Numbered from the stretch's first letter, positions 18,872 through 31,094 are shown. The stretch is 64,000 nt of DNA from Vulcanimicrobiales bacterium (GCA_038215615.1 JBBQQR010000005.1:32001-96000), one strand, 5' to 3'. Notes: generated from the letters alone by a model not told the origin. Translations and numbers: made by a program.

Positions 18872-20082
18872 AAATGTCCTCCGCCGGCAGTGCCTTGGCG
18901 TGAACCAAGTATTCCCCGTTCTGCTTGGTTTGAAAAGCCGAATGCGGCGCGCATCCCCGACACTCCCCGTTCCAATATCTCCCCGGCGCGAGTTATTTCT
19001 TCCTCGGTGGTTAGGCGCCCGAGGGAGAGCCTTACCACGCCCCGCGACCACTCCGGACCCAGGCCGAGAGCCGCAACGACGTGACTGGGCTCGACCACAC
19101 CCGACGAGCAGGCGCTGCCGGCGGAAACTGCCAGCCCGTCGAGATCGAGCCGGGCTAACAGCCGGTCCCCTTCAATGCCCGAAAATGACAGGCTCAAGTT
19201 GTTGGGCAGGCGCGGCGCGCCGCCCCCGTTCACCCGCACTCCCTCGAGCCGCTCGCGGACGAGCCTCTGCAGACGGTCGCGCAATTTTTCCGCGCGGGGC
19301 GCGGCTTCGTCGCGCTCGGCGGCCGTCAGTTCCAGCGCGCGAGCCATCCCCACGATGCCCGCAACGTTCTCGGTCCCCGCGCGCTTGGCGAACTCTTGTC
19401 CGCCGCCATGCACCTGCGCCGCGAGTGGCGTCCCCTCGCGCACAAACAGTGCGCCGACGCCCTTCGGGCCGTAAAACTTATGGGCCGCAATCGACAGCAG
19501 ATCCACGCCGAGCTCGCGCACGTCGAGCGGCAAGTACGCCGGCGCCTGCACGGCATCGGTATGGAAGAGCGCGCCGCGTTCGTGCGCCAGCGCCGCGAGC
19601 TGCGCGATGGGCGCGATCGTTCCGATCTCGTTGTTTGCGTAAGCGACCGACGCAAGCACGGTATCGTCGCGCAGCGCTGCCGCAAACTCTTGAGGATCAA
19701 CGCAACCTTCCGTATCGACGGGCAAGAGCGTAACCTCCCAGCCTTCGTCGCGCAGCGCGTCGAGGGTATGCAAAACCGCATGGTGCTCGGTCACCACGGA
19801 GACCAGGTGGCGCCGCCGGGCTTGCGCCGCCTTCGCGACCCCGGCGATCGCGAGGTTGTCCGCCTCGGAGCCGCTGCCGGTGAAGACGATCTCCCTGGCC
19901 TTGGCTCCCAGAATGCGCGCGATCCGCTCCCGCGCGTCGTCCAGCGCCGCTCGCGCCGCCCGCCCCTCGGCGTGTACCGAGCTCGGGTTATAGCCGGCCG
20001 CGCCGTAAAACGGCAGCATGGCTTCGACCACTTCCGGGCTCACCGGCGTGGTCGCGGCGTGGTCCAAATAAATTCGCGGCAT
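18868..20082 (-). CDS. iscS: Cysteine desulfurase (IscS/NifS type)
   Basis: YLDHAATTP, NNEIGT, HTDAVQA, AHKFYGPKGVG, SAGSACSSG. Confidence 0.95.
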   Translation of the reverse strand: MPRIYLDHAATTPVSPEVVEAMLPFYGAAGYNPSSVHAEGRAARAALDDARERIARILGAKAREIVFTGSGSEADNLAIAGVAKAAQARRRHLVSVVTEHHAVLHTLDALRDEGWEVTLLPVDTEGCVDPQEFAAALRDDTVLASVAYANNEIGTIAPIAQLAALAHERGALFHTDAVQAPAYLPLDVRELGVDLLSIAAHKFYGPKGVGALFVREGTPLAAQVHGGGQEFAKRAGTENVAGIVGMARALELTAAERDEAAPRAEKLRDRLQRLVRERLEGVRVNGGGAPRLPNNLSLSFSGIEGDRLLARLDLDGLAVSAGSACSSGVVEPSHVVAALGLGPEWSRGVVRLSLGRLTTEEEITRAGEILERGVSGMRAAFGFSNQAERGILGSRQGTAGGGHF

Positions 20083-20101
20083 TTCAGGATATTCTCAGAA
20101 C

Positions 20102-20197
20102 TCGGAGGTAGCCTTTATTCGTGCGAAGCTCCATTGCACACTCCGAAAAGTAGCAACGGGAAAAGGGGGTCCGGAAACGCCGGGCCTCTTTCTTTTT
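20102..20197 (+). ncRNA. Candidate small RNA (or 10-aa mini-ORF transcript) opposite the rarA-iscS gap
   Basis: TATTCT -10-like at 20090-20095; nested stems TCGGAG/CTCCGA and GTGCGA/TTGCAC; ends in a + strand intrinsic terminator. Confidence 0.45.
20163..20197 (+). terminator. Intrinsic terminator, + strand polarity
   Basis: AAGGGGGTCCGG-AAACG-CCGGGCCTCTTT then CTTTTT. Three G-U pairs form only on the + strand. Confidence 0.75.
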
Positions 20198-20201
20198 GAT
20201 G

Positions 20202-20255
20202 GCATGCACGCAGCGAGCGCGTGGCCAAGCGAAATGGGACCCGCTGCGTGCATGC
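20202..20255. repeat. Perfect 14-bp inverted repeat just downstream of rarA
   Basis: GCATGCACGCAGCG (20202-20215) and CGCTGCGTGCATGC (20242-20255), 26-nt spacer. Confidence 0.85.
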
Positions 20256-20266
20256 GACAGAAGACC

Positions 20267-21610
20267 TCACTTCGGTTTCGTTTTCCGGCGTTTTTTTATC
20301 CAGTCGATGAAACGCGATTCTTCGCCCTGCGTTCCGGGATTGAAATAGGCGCGGCTGGCGATATTTTCCGGCAGATATGATTGCAGCCGTTCTGCGGGCG
20401 GCAAATCGCCGGACTCTGACCGATATTTTTCGGATGCGTGCGCGTACTCGTATTCTTTTCCGTAGCCTAATTCGCGCATGAGCCCGGTCGGCGCGTTGCG
20501 CAAATGTAACGGCACCGGATCGTTGCGGGTGCCCTCTACGTCGGCGAGCGCCGCGCTGTAGGCGCGGCCGACGCTGTTGCTCTTGGGCGCCGTCGCGAGA
20601 TAGAGCGTGCAGTGCGCAAGCGGATAGAAGCCCTCGGGCAGGCCGACGAAGTGCACGGCTTGCTGCGCGGCCATCGCAACGGAAAGGCCGCGCGAGTCGG
20701 CGAGTCCGACATCTTCCGACGCGAGTATAACGAGGCGACGCGCAATGAAAAGCGGGGCTTCGCCCGCATCGAGCATGCGCGCAAGCCAGTAGACCGCTGC
20801 GTCAGGATCGCTTCCGCGAATACTTTTGATGAAGGCGCTGATGACGTCGTAGTGGTTCTCGCCGCCCTTATCGTAACTGATCGAGCGCCGCTGCATCGCA
20901 TCGGCGATCAGCGTCGCGCTGATGGTGCGCGTGCCCTCCGATTCGGGCGCGGCGTTGACCGCGAACTCGAGGGTGCCGAGCGCGACGCGCGCGTCGCCGT
21001 TGGAAAGCGATACGAGCGCGGCGCGCGCGTTTGGTTCGAGGCAAACAGATCGCGTTCCGAGGCCGTTTTCCTTATCGATCAGTGCGCGATCGACGATTGC
21101 TGCGACCTGTTCGTCGGTCAGCGCTTTAAGAACGAAAACGCGCGAGCGGGAAAGTAACGCCGAGATGACTTCGAACGACGGGTTTTCCGTGGTCGCGCCG
21201 ATCAGCGTGATCGTGCCGTCCTCAACGTAAGGAAGAACCGCGTCTTGCTGCGCCTTGTTGAAGCGATGAATTTCGTCGACGAAAAGAACCGAGCGCTTTC
21301 CCAGGGCGCGGCGGTGCTGCGCCTCGGCGACGACGCGGCGCAGATCCGCGACGCCCGCACTCACTGCGGATAGCGAACTGAAATGCGCGCCGGTCATGTT
21401 GGCGATGATTTCCGCCAGCGTGGTCTTCCCGGTTCCGGGCGGACCCCATAAGATCAGCGACGGAACCGTGTCGTTCTCGATCGCGCGCCGCAGCGCGCGG
21501 CCTTCGCCGACGATCTGTTCTTGTCCGACGAACTCGTCGAGCGAGCGCGGCCGCATCCGGGCGGCCAGCGGCGCTGGACCCGCCGCGGAGCCGAACAGAC
21601 TAGGATCCAC
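20267..21610 (-). CDS. rarA: Replication-associated recombination protein A (RarA/MgsA)
   Basis: PLAARMRP, WGPPGTGKTT, DEIHRFNKAQQD, GATTENP, SAFIKSIRGSD, VPLHLRNAPT. Confidence 0.97.
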   Translation of the reverse strand: MDPSLFGSAAGPAPLAARMRPRSLDEFVGQEQIVGEGRALRRAIENDTVPSLILWGPPGTGKTTLAEIIANMTGAHFSSLSAVSAGVADLRRVVAEAQHRRALGKRSVLFVDEIHRFNKAQQDAVLPYVEDGTITLIGATTENPSFEVISALLSRSRVFVLKALTDEQVAAIVDRALIDKENGLGTRSVCLEPNARAALVSLSNGDARVALGTLEFAVNAAPESEGTRTISATLIADAMQRRSISYDKGGENHYDVISAFIKSIRGSDPDAAVYWLARMLDAGEAPLFIARRLVILASEDVGLADSRGLSVAMAAQQAVHFVGLPEGFYPLAHCTLYLATAPKSNSVGRAYSAALADVEGTRNDPVPLHLRNAPTGLMRELGYGKEYEYAHASEKYRSESGDLPPAERLQSYLPENIASRAYFNPGTQGEESRFIDWIKKRRKTKPK

Positions 21611-22276
21611 TTACGGAATCTTGGGGCCGCGCAGAATGATCGGTTTCGGCGTCGCAATCGAGGGAGTGATGCCGGGGAAGACCATCATGGCGTTGCCGTC
21701 CGCTTCGCCGTCGCCGGAGATCGTGTTGTAGGTAGCGGTGTCCGCGTCGAGCGTGCGTTCGCCTTGCACGACGTGCACTTTTCCGGAAAGGTCGAGCCGG
21801 TGGGTGATGTCGTTGAGGTGCGCCTTCTGCGCGTCGACAGTCGTTTGGCCCTGCACGTAATGAACGCTGCCATCGGCATCGTAAAGGTGCGTAACATCGT
21901 TTACTGTGACCGTGTCGGCGGTCAGCGTTGCGGCATCGCGTCTGACGGCCGCCGCACTCTTCAATCCGAACGTCCCGCTCGCGTCGTGCACGCTAACGTT
22001 TCCTGAAAGCACAGCCTGCTTTTTCCGGTAATTGCCGGTCGCGCGATCCGCTTGCACGATCGACCCGTCGGCTCGCGTCATCGTGACGTGTTTGGGAGCC
22101 TTGAATGCTCCCGTTTTTAGATTCGCTTCAACTTCGGTTGTGGTTAGCGTCCATGCGCCGACCGCTGCCGAGCTCTTGGCGGGCGGCGAGGCTTTTTTCG
22201 GCGCAGCGCTTGCCAAAGCTCCGCCAGCCGCGGCGAGCAGCATCAGCCAAGCGGCCACGGCTTTGCGCACGCTCAT
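21611..22276 (-). CDS. LptA/OstA-like beta-jellyroll periplasmic protein (long paralogue)
   Basis: Signal peptide; repeated AD.A...GNV/GKV units. Confidence 0.7.
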   Translation of the reverse strand: MSVRKAVAAWLMLLAAAGGALASAAPKKASPPAKSSAAVGAWTLTTTEVEANLKTGAFKAPKHVTMTRADGSIVQADRATGNYRKKQAVLSGNVSVHDASGTFGLKSAAAVRRDAATLTADTVTVNDVTHLYDADGSVHYVQGQTTVDAQKAHLNDITHRLDLSGKVHVVQGERTLDADTATYNTISGDGEADGNAMMVFPGITPSIATPKPIILRGPKIP

Positions 22277-22761
22277 TGGTGCAGCGTTACGTTTCCATAG
22301 AGATGCAAGTCGTGAGTGAAGCCGTTCATGATCGCGCGATCGGCCGTGACGTAACTCCCGCCCTGAATAAAGTGCACGTGGCCCGTTGCGTTATACATTT
22401 TTGTAACGCCGTCAATTTGCAGCGCATCGCACGTGAGCGTAGCGGGTTTGGATCCGCCCAGCGTTCCGCTGCCGAAGTTCGTGAGCACGCCGTTGCGGTC
22501 GTGGAGCGACACGTTTCCCTGCAAGTAGGCTTGTTTGGTTTTCGTGTTGCCGTTGGCACGGTCGGCTTGGATGTCGCTCCCGGTACGCGTCAGCCGAACG
22601 TGTCCGGGCGTGGAGAACGAGCCCGTCTGGTAGTTCCAGTCGAGTTCGCCCGTGCTGACTTGCCAGTCGCTGAAGTTGAACCCGGCCGCCGGACGCGACA
22701 GCGGAGCCGCTGCCAGCAGCGCGACGCCAAGCACCAGGAACAGCGTATGTATCTTTTTCAT
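22273..22761 (-). CDS. LptA/OstA-like beta-jellyroll periplasmic protein (short paralogue)
   Basis: ATG 22761 (MKKIHTLFLVLG signal); IQADRANGN, LQGNV, ATGHV, LYGNV. Confidence 0.7.
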   Translation of the reverse strand: MKKIHTLFLVLGVALLAAAPLSRPAAGFNFSDWQVSTGELDWNYQTGSFSTPGHVRLTRTGSDIQADRANGNTKTKQAYLQGNVSLHDRNGVLTNFGSGTLGGSKPATLTCDALQIDGVTKMYNATGHVHFIQGGSYVTADRAIMNGFTHDLHLYGNVTLHQ

Positions 22762-23408
22762 GTCGCGACCCGATAACGTACCAGAGGTCCTACCAGCTCG
22801 CTTAGCCGCTCGTACGGAACAACCCCCTCGCGCAGCAGCACCGGCTGGGGCGTCGTGAAATCGATGACGCTCGACTCGCGTCCGTACCTGGTCGGACCAT
22901 TTTCGACGATAAGATCTGCCGCCGGCAGCGCGGCGGAGTCTCCGCCTCCAAAGTAGGGCTGCTCGCCGCTGACGTTGGCGCTGGTCGCCGCCAGCGGACC
23001 GCACCGGTCGAGGATGGCGCCGCACACGGCGTCGTCGGGAACTCTGAATCCCAAGGTCGGCAAACCCGCGCTCATCTCCCGGTCGATGAATCCCGGGCGG
23101 CGCATGATAATCGTCACCGGTCCGGGCAGCAGTTTCCGTACCGCGGAAGCGACCTCGCGCTGATCGCGCACGTATTCCAGAAACTCGCCGACGGTGGCCA
23201 GATGCAGTGAGAGCGGTTTGTGTGCCGGGCGGCTCTTCGCGCCGTAGATGCGAGCGATCGCGTCGAGATCGAACGGATCGCAGCCGATGCCGTAAACGGT
23301 GTCGGTCGGAAAGATGACGATGCCTCCGCGCAAAACGACGCGGGCAACTTCCTCGGCGACGAGCTCGAGCGGCTCCGTTCGCGCATCGATCCTCTCCGGC
23401 GTGTGAAT
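22758..23408 (-). CDS. tsaC: L-threonylcarbamoyladenylate synthase (Sua5/YrdC); start uncertain
   Basis: IFPTDTVYGIGCD, K.RP..KPL, ATSANVSG, SSVID. Frame is open up to the mreB stop; first canonical start is TTG 23333. Confidence 0.88.
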   Translation of the reverse strand: MHTPERIDARTEPLELVAEEVARVVLRGGIVIFPTDTVYGIGCDPFDLDAIARIYGAKSRPAHKPLSLHLATVGEFLEYVRDQREVASAVRKLLPGPVTIIMRRPGFIDREMSAGLPTLGFRVPDDAVCGAILDRCGPLAATSANVSGEQPYFGGGDSAALPAADLIVENGPTRYGRESSVIDFTTPQPVLLREGVVPYERLSELVGPLVRYRVAT

Positions 23409-23417
23409 CTCCGAGGC

Positions 23418-24422
<1,005 letters not shown>

Positions 24423-25784
24423 TTATTGCGCTCTGGCTCGTGTCTTAGGATACGCGCTCGTTTCGAAAAGTCCGGTCGGTTCGACGAGAGGCGTGATACC
24501 GCTCGATCGCTGAACTTGCCCGCCTAAGCCGGAGAGCATCTCTTCGAGGCGTTCGTAACCCCGGTCGATGTATTCCAATCCGATGATCTCCGTTTCGCCC
24601 TGCGCGGCCAGCCCGGCCACGACGAGCGCGGCGCCGGCCCGGATATCCGGAGCTTCTACGGGCGCGCCCGAGAGTGGCGCACCGCCTTTGACGACAGCCG
24701 TGTTGCTTTCCATCGAAACGCGCACTTCCGCGCCCATGCGCGCGAGCTCGTTGACGTAAGAAAAGCGTGCGTTGAAGATCGATTCTTCCACGATGCTATT
24801 TCCCGGCGCCGTGCAGAGAAACGAGACCATTTGCGGCTGCAAATCCGTCGGAAATCCGGGGAACGGCGCCGTCAGGATATCCGTCCCACCGGTAATGCGC
24901 GTCGCATTGACGCGCAGCCAGTCATCACCGCTGGTCACGTCCGCTCCGCACTCTTGCAGTTTCAAGCTGAGGGCGTGCAGATGATCGGGCTGACAGCGCT
25001 TCACCGTTACGTCGCCGCGCGTGCTGGCACCGCACAGCAGCAGCGTGCCCGTCACGATGCGATCCGGAATGATTTCGTACTCCACGCCGTGCAGCTCGTT
25101 TACACCGTCGATAACGATCGTATCGGAAGCGGCGCCGCGAATCTTCGCGCCCATGGCGATCAAAAAATTTGCAAGGTCGACGACTTCGGGTTCCATGGCC
25201 GCATTCCGGACGGTCGTCGTGCCTTCGGCAACGACCGCCGCCAGCAGCGCATTTTTCGTCGCCCCGACGCTGGGCGAGCGGAATTCGATGTCCGCGCCCT
25301 GCAAACGGCGCTTCTTGGCTGTGGCGATAAAATAGCCGCCTTTATTTTTGACGTCGCAGCCGAGCGCCAAAAACGCTTGCTCGTGCATGTCGGTCGCGCG
25401 CGTTCCCAACACGCAGCCGCCGGGAAGGGGCACTTCCGCGCGGCCGAACCGGCCGATCAGCGGACCCACGAGATCGAACGACGCGGCAAGTTTGCGCACC
25501 AGCGTATACGGCGCCCGAATGAGCGCAACGTTGGAAGCGTCGATCGTCACGCTGCCTTCGCCTTCGTAGCGCAAGCGTGCGCCGAGTGCTTCGAGCAGCG
25601 ACCACATGACGGAGACGTCGGTGATGCGCGGCACCCGGTGCAGCGTCACCTTGCCCTTGGCCAGCAGCGCGGCGGCCATGATCGGAAGCGCCGCGTTCTT
25701 CGCACCGTGCGTGGCGATCGAACCTTCCAGCTGAGAGCCGCCGCGCACGCGCAGCGTTGTCTCGAGTCTGTCTAAAGTATTCAT
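24423..25784 (-). CDS. murA: UDP-N-acetylglucosamine 1-carboxyvinyltransferase
   Basis: GAKNAALP, LPGGC.LG.R, SVGAT, PFPGFPTDLQ, DRGYE. ATG 25784 overlaps the upstream stop. Confidence 0.96.
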   Translation of the reverse strand: MNTLDRLETTLRVRGGSQLEGSIATHGAKNAALPIMAAALLAKGKVTLHRVPRITDVSVMWSLLEALGARLRYEGEGSVTIDASNVALIRAPYTLVRKLAASFDLVGPLIGRFGRAEVPLPGGCVLGTRATDMHEQAFLALGCDVKNKGGYFIATAKKRRLQGADIEFRSPSVGATKNALLAAVVAEGTTTVRNAAMEPEVVDLANFLIAMGAKIRGAASDTIVIDGVNELHGVEYEIIPDRIVTGTLLLCGASTRGDVTVKRCQPDHLHALSLKLQECGADVTSGDDWLRVNATRITGGTDILTAPFPGFPTDLQPQMVSFLCTAPGNSIVEESIFNARFSYVNELARMGAEVRVSMESNTAVVKGGAPLSGAPVEAPDIRAGAALVVAGLAAQGETEIIGLEYIDRGYERLEEMLSGLGGQVQRSSGITPLVEPTGLFETSAYPKTRARAQ

Positions 25785-26266
25785 TGAACCAGAGGCTCGC
25801 AGGTGAGGACGTGCGCGTCGTAAGGCCCGCCACGCAGCTCGAGTTGCATGCGTCCCGTCGGCGTCACGCGCAAGAAGACTTCGCTCCACTCGTTGCGCTG
25901 CAGTTCCAGCAGATCGGCGTGTCCGCCGATGAGCGCGCCGGCGAAACGGCGGCCGCCCGAGTCCGCGAGCCTGATCCGGCCGTCCGAATACAAACCGGCG
26001 ACGAGTTCCGCGGTCGCGTCGTAAGCGCGGTAGTAGTTCGCGCCGTCGTCGGCGATTTCAAAAAGAAACTCTTGCGGGCCGCCCTCACGCTTAGCTTGCG
26101 GCGGTTTTTCAGCGGACGGCTCAACCGAGGGAGGCGCTGGCTTGGGCTGCGCCTTCGGCTTGGGCTGAGATCCGTTCGCCAATTCCATGGCAAACGAACC
26201 GAAGGCCAGAGCAGCAAGCTCCAGCGCAGGCCCGGCTAACTTCGTCCAGCCCGGAGTATGCGCCAC
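25781..26266 (-). CDS. Hypothetical protein with Pro/Lys-rich linker
   Basis: 161-aa ORF filling the atpC-murA gap, coupled to murA by ATGA. Confidence 0.7.
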   Translation of the reverse strand: MAHTPGWTKLAGPALELAALAFGSFAMELANGSQPKPKAQPKPAPPSVEPSAEKPPQAKREGGPQEFLFEIADDGANYYRAYDATAELVAGLYSDGRIRLADSGGRRFAGALIGGHADLLELQRNEWSEVFLRVTPTGRMQLELRGGPYDAHVLTCEPLVQ

Positions 26267-26288
26267 AAAGGATGATTTCGCCGGGAGG

Positions 26289-26656
26289 CTAGTGGTGTCC
26301 GGTCAGCTGCAGTTTGGCGCATGCGAAGTCCGCAGCCGCCGAATCCGGCGCTGCCGCAAGCTCGGCGCGCGTTTGCGCGACGTCGACTTCATCGAACGTG
26401 ACCGCTCGATCGACCAAAACCGTGACGCGATCCGGCAGCGCTTGCATGAAGCCCTCGCCCGTGGCGAGTTCCAGCCTGCGCGACGCGCCGTTTTCCACGA
26501 TGTTGGCGCGCAGCACCCCCGGCTTGAGCGCCGCCAAAAACGGCGCATGCCGCGGCAAGATGCCCTCTTCGCCTTCGGTCGTTACCGCGATTACGAGCTC
26601 GGCGTCGCCTTCGAAGATCAACTTCGCGGGAGAGACGAGCTTGAACGGAACGGTCA

Positions 26657-26657
<1 letters not shown>
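26289..26657 (-). CDS. atpC: ATP synthase F1 epsilon
   Basis: LVSP, EGEEGILPRHAP; last gene of the atp operon. Confidence 0.93.
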
Positions 26658-28153
<1,496 letters not shown>

Positions 28154-28186
28154 TTACTTGGCTTTTGTAACGTTCGGTATGAACAA

Positions 28187-29050
28187 TCACGTTCCGGTCA
28201 AAGCCTCAGCGCCGGAGACGATCTCCAAGAGCTCCTTGGTGATCGCCGCCTGGCGTGCGTTGTTCATTGCGATCGTCAGTTCGTCGATCAGTTTGCCGGC
28301 GTTTTCGGTCGCGTTGTTCATAGCCAGCAGCTGAGCGGCGTAAAACGACGCGTCCGTTTCGAGCATCGCCGAAAACAGCGTGAACTCCAGATACTTGGGC
28401 AACAGCTTTGAAAGGACGAACTCAGGTGAAGGCTCGATTTCGACTGCGCCGCGTGGGCCGCCGGCTGCAGGCGCTGCCGTCTCGCGCTCGATAGGCACCA
28501 GCTGCCGCATCTCGGGGCGCTGCACCATCATCGAGACATGTTTGGAAGAAACGAGAGTAATGTCGCCAATCTCGCCGGCTGTAAAATCCGCGGTGACGCT
28601 CTGTGCCAGCTCGTGCGCCGTCTGCAATTTGGATGGCGCGTTCAGCGGCCAACTCGGGCGATCTCCGAGTCCCCAGCGGCGCACCGCGTTCCGGGCTTTT
28701 ATGCCTATAGTGTAAAAACGCGCGTCGCTATGCTGACGCCAATACCGTTCGGCTTCACGAATCACGTTCGAATTGAAGGCGCCCGCCAGTCCCTTGTCCG
28801 CGGTCATCAGGATCACGCCTGAGGGCGCGCCGGCTTTGCCGGCATTCATAAACGGATGATCGATGCCCGAAGAGGTCGCGATCAGGTCTTGCAGCATCTC
28901 GCTGAGCGCCTCGGCGTAGGGACGCGCCTGTTTCTGCGCCATTTCGGCACGGCGGATCTTGGCGGCCGCAACCTGCTTCATCGCCTTGGTGATCTGCTGC
29001 GTGTTCTTCAGAGACCTGATCCGTCCCCGAAGATCTTTTACCGATGCCAT
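28187..29050 (-). CDS. atpG: ATP synthase F1 gamma
   Basis: KNTQQITKAMK.VAAAK, DKGLAGAFN, ARQAAITKEL.EIVSGA; ATG 29050. Confidence 0.97.
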   Translation of the reverse strand: MASVKDLRGRIRSLKNTQQITKAMKQVAAAKIRRAEMAQKQARPYAEALSEMLQDLIATSSGIDHPFMNAGKAGAPSGVILMTADKGLAGAFNSNVIREAERYWRQHSDARFYTIGIKARNAVRRWGLGDRPSWPLNAPSKLQTAHELAQSVTADFTAGEIGDITLVSSKHVSMMVQRPEMRQLVPIERETAAPAAGGPRGAVEIEPSPEFVLSKLLPKYLEFTLFSAMLETDASFYAAQLLAMNNATENAGKLIDELTIAMNNARQAAITKELLEIVSGAEALTGT

Positions 29051-30549
29051 TAGAAGCTCTTGTTGAACTCCGCCAGCGCCGCATCGAGTTTTTGCTTCGT
29101 TTCGTCGGCGAGCTGTCCGCTCTGCGCGATCGCAGCGGTAATCTCCGGATGCTTGTCGTGCAGAAACGCTACGAAACCGCGCAGCCAATCCTGGAGACGC
29201 GGCGTGGGAATATCGTTGACGAACCCTTTGGTTGCTCCGTAGAGGATCGCGACTTGGTCTTCAACCGCCATCGGCTGATATTGCGGCTGCTTGAGCAGTT
29301 CGGTCAGTTTCTCACCGCGAAGCAGCTGCATCTGCGTCGATTTGTCGAGGTCGCTCGCAAGTTTTGCGAACGCCGCGAGATCGCGGTACTGCGCCAGCTC
29401 CAGCTTTAACTGTCCCGCCACGCTCTTCATCGCTTTGGTCAGCGCGGAGCTGCCGACGCGCGAGACCGAGAGCCCGATGTCGACAGCCGGCCTAATGCCT
29501 TGAAAGAAGAGTTCCGGCGTCAAGTAAATCTGACCGTCGGTAATCGAGATGACGTTGGTCGGAATGTACGCCGAAAAATCTCCGGCTTGCGTTTCGATGA
29601 TCGGAAGCGCAGTCAGCGACCCGCCGCCCATCTCGTCGGAAAGTTTTGCCGCGCGTTCGAGCAGCCGCGAGTGAAGAAAGAAGACGTCGCCCGGATAGGC
29701 TTCGCGGCCCGGCGGACGGCGGAGCAGCAGCGACATTTCGCGATACGACTGCGCGTGCTTCGTCAAATCGTCATAGACGATCAGCACGTCTTTGTTTTGA
29801 TACATTAATTCTTCGCCCATCGCGCAGCCCGCGAAAGGAGCTATCCAGCGCAGCGCGGCCGCGTCGGACGGTCCGACGGTGACGATGGTCGTGTACTCCA
29901 TCGCGCCTTTTTGCTCGAGCAGCTGCGCCAGCGCAGCGACGGTCGACTTTTTCTGGCCGATCGCAACGTAGATGCAGAAGACGCCCTTGCCCTTCTGGTT
30001 GATGATCGTGTCGACGACGATAGCTGTTTTCCCGGTGCTGCGGTCGCCGATGATGAGCTCGCGTTGGCCGCGCCCGATCGGGATCAGCGCATCGATCGCG
30101 CGCACGCCCGTCTGCAGCGGCTGTTTGACCGGCTGGCGCTGCACGACGCTGGGCGCGACGTTTTCGATCGTGCGGAACTTGTTCGTTTCGATCGGCCCCT
30201 TGCCGTCGACCGGCTTGCCGAGCGGATCGACGACTCTTCCCAGCAGCGCTTCGCCGACCGGAACCGACGCGATTCGCCCAGTGCGCCGGACCTTGTCGCC
30301 TTCCTTAATCCCTTGGTCGGAGCCCATGATCACGACGCCGACGTTGTCCTCTTCTAAGTTCAGCGCGACGCCCTGCAGGCCGTTGGCGAATTCCACGAGT
30401 TCGGACGCTCGCACGCTGCGCAGTCCATAGACGCGCGCCAAGTTCGCACCGACCTCGATAACGGTGCCGACCTCGTCTTCTTGCACGCCCGCGGTAAACG
30501 TGGCGATCTGTTGTTTTAGAATACCGGCAATTTCGTCTGCGTTGATCAT
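29050..30549 (-). CDS. atpA: ATP synthase F1 alpha
   Basis: [40 protein letters not shown]. Confidence 0.99.
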   Translation of the reverse strand: MINADEIAGILKQQIATFTAGVQEDEVGTVIEVGANLARVYGLRSVRASELVEFANGLQGVALNLEEDNVGVVIMGSDQGIKEGDKVRRTGRIASVPVGEALLGRVVDPLGKPVDGKGPIETNKFRTIENVAPSVVQRQPVKQPLQTGVRAIDALIPIGRGQRELIIGDRSTGKTAIVVDTIINQKGKGVFCIYVAIGQKKSTVAALAQLLEQKGAMEYTTIVTVGPSDAAALRWIAPFAGCAMGEELMYQNKDVLIVYDDLTKHAQSYREMSLLLRRPPGREAYPGDVFFLHSRLLERAAKLSDEMGGGSLTALPIIETQAGDFSAYIPTNVISITDGQIYLTPELFFQGIRPAVDIGLSVSRVGSSALTKAMKSVAGQLKLELAQYRDLAAFAKLASDLDKSTQMQLLRGEKLTELLKQPQYQPMAVEDQVAILYGATKGFVNDIPTPRLQDWLRGFVAFLHDKHPEITAAIAQSGQLADETKQKLDAALAEFNKSF

Positions 30550-30551
30550 TC

Positions 30552-31094
30552 CTAATTCCTAGCGAAGAGAGTGCGAGCTAATTCTTGAAAGCGGCCTTCG
30601 ACCGAGCCGTCGACGCGCCGGTCGCCCATGAGGATGCGCAGCCCGCCGATGAGGTCGGGCTGAACGATCTGCGTGACTTCGAACTTTTTCCCGTAGATGT
30701 TTTCGAGCTGCGATACGATGTCGCGCAGTTCGCCCGATTCAAGCGGTTTGGCCGACGTTATCGTGAGCGCGTTCACGCCGCGCGCCGCCATCTCCAGCGC
30801 GGCGTATTCGGCGACGATTTCGCGCAGCAAGGCTTCGCGCCGTTTGCGCACGAGCAGCAGCATCGTATGCAGCGCGACCGGGTGCGCCTTACCGTCGAAA
30901 GCGGCGACCAGCGTGCGCTCTTTTTCCTTGCGATCGACGACCGGAGACAAAAAGAAATTTAGCGCGCTCGCGTTATCGTCGATCGCGTCGCTGAGGATGC
31001 GCAGCTCCTTGCCGACCTGTTCGACCGCATTGGCTTCGGAGGCGAGTTGGAAGATCGCCGTCGCGTAGCGCCGCGCGAGCTTTTGATTGGCCAT
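30552..31094 (-). CDS. atpH: ATP synthase F1 delta
   Basis: ARRYATA, LIGG..I..GD..VDGSV. Confidence 0.95.
   Translation of the reverse strand: MANQKLARRYATAIFQLASEANAVEQVGKELRILSDAIDDNASALNFFLSPVVDRKEKERTLVAAFDGKAHPVALHTMLLLVRKRREALLREIVAEYAALEMAARGVNALTITSAKPLESGELRDIVSQLENIYGKKFEVTQIVQPDLIGGLRILMGDRRVDGSVEGRFQELARTLFARN

Noticed and set aside
17787..19733. 648-aa + strand ORF and the many other long antisense/alternate-frame ORFs in the track
   Set aside because: Shadow ORFs of GC-rich genes: Arg/Ala/Pro-rich, motif-free and fully overlapping well-supported genes.
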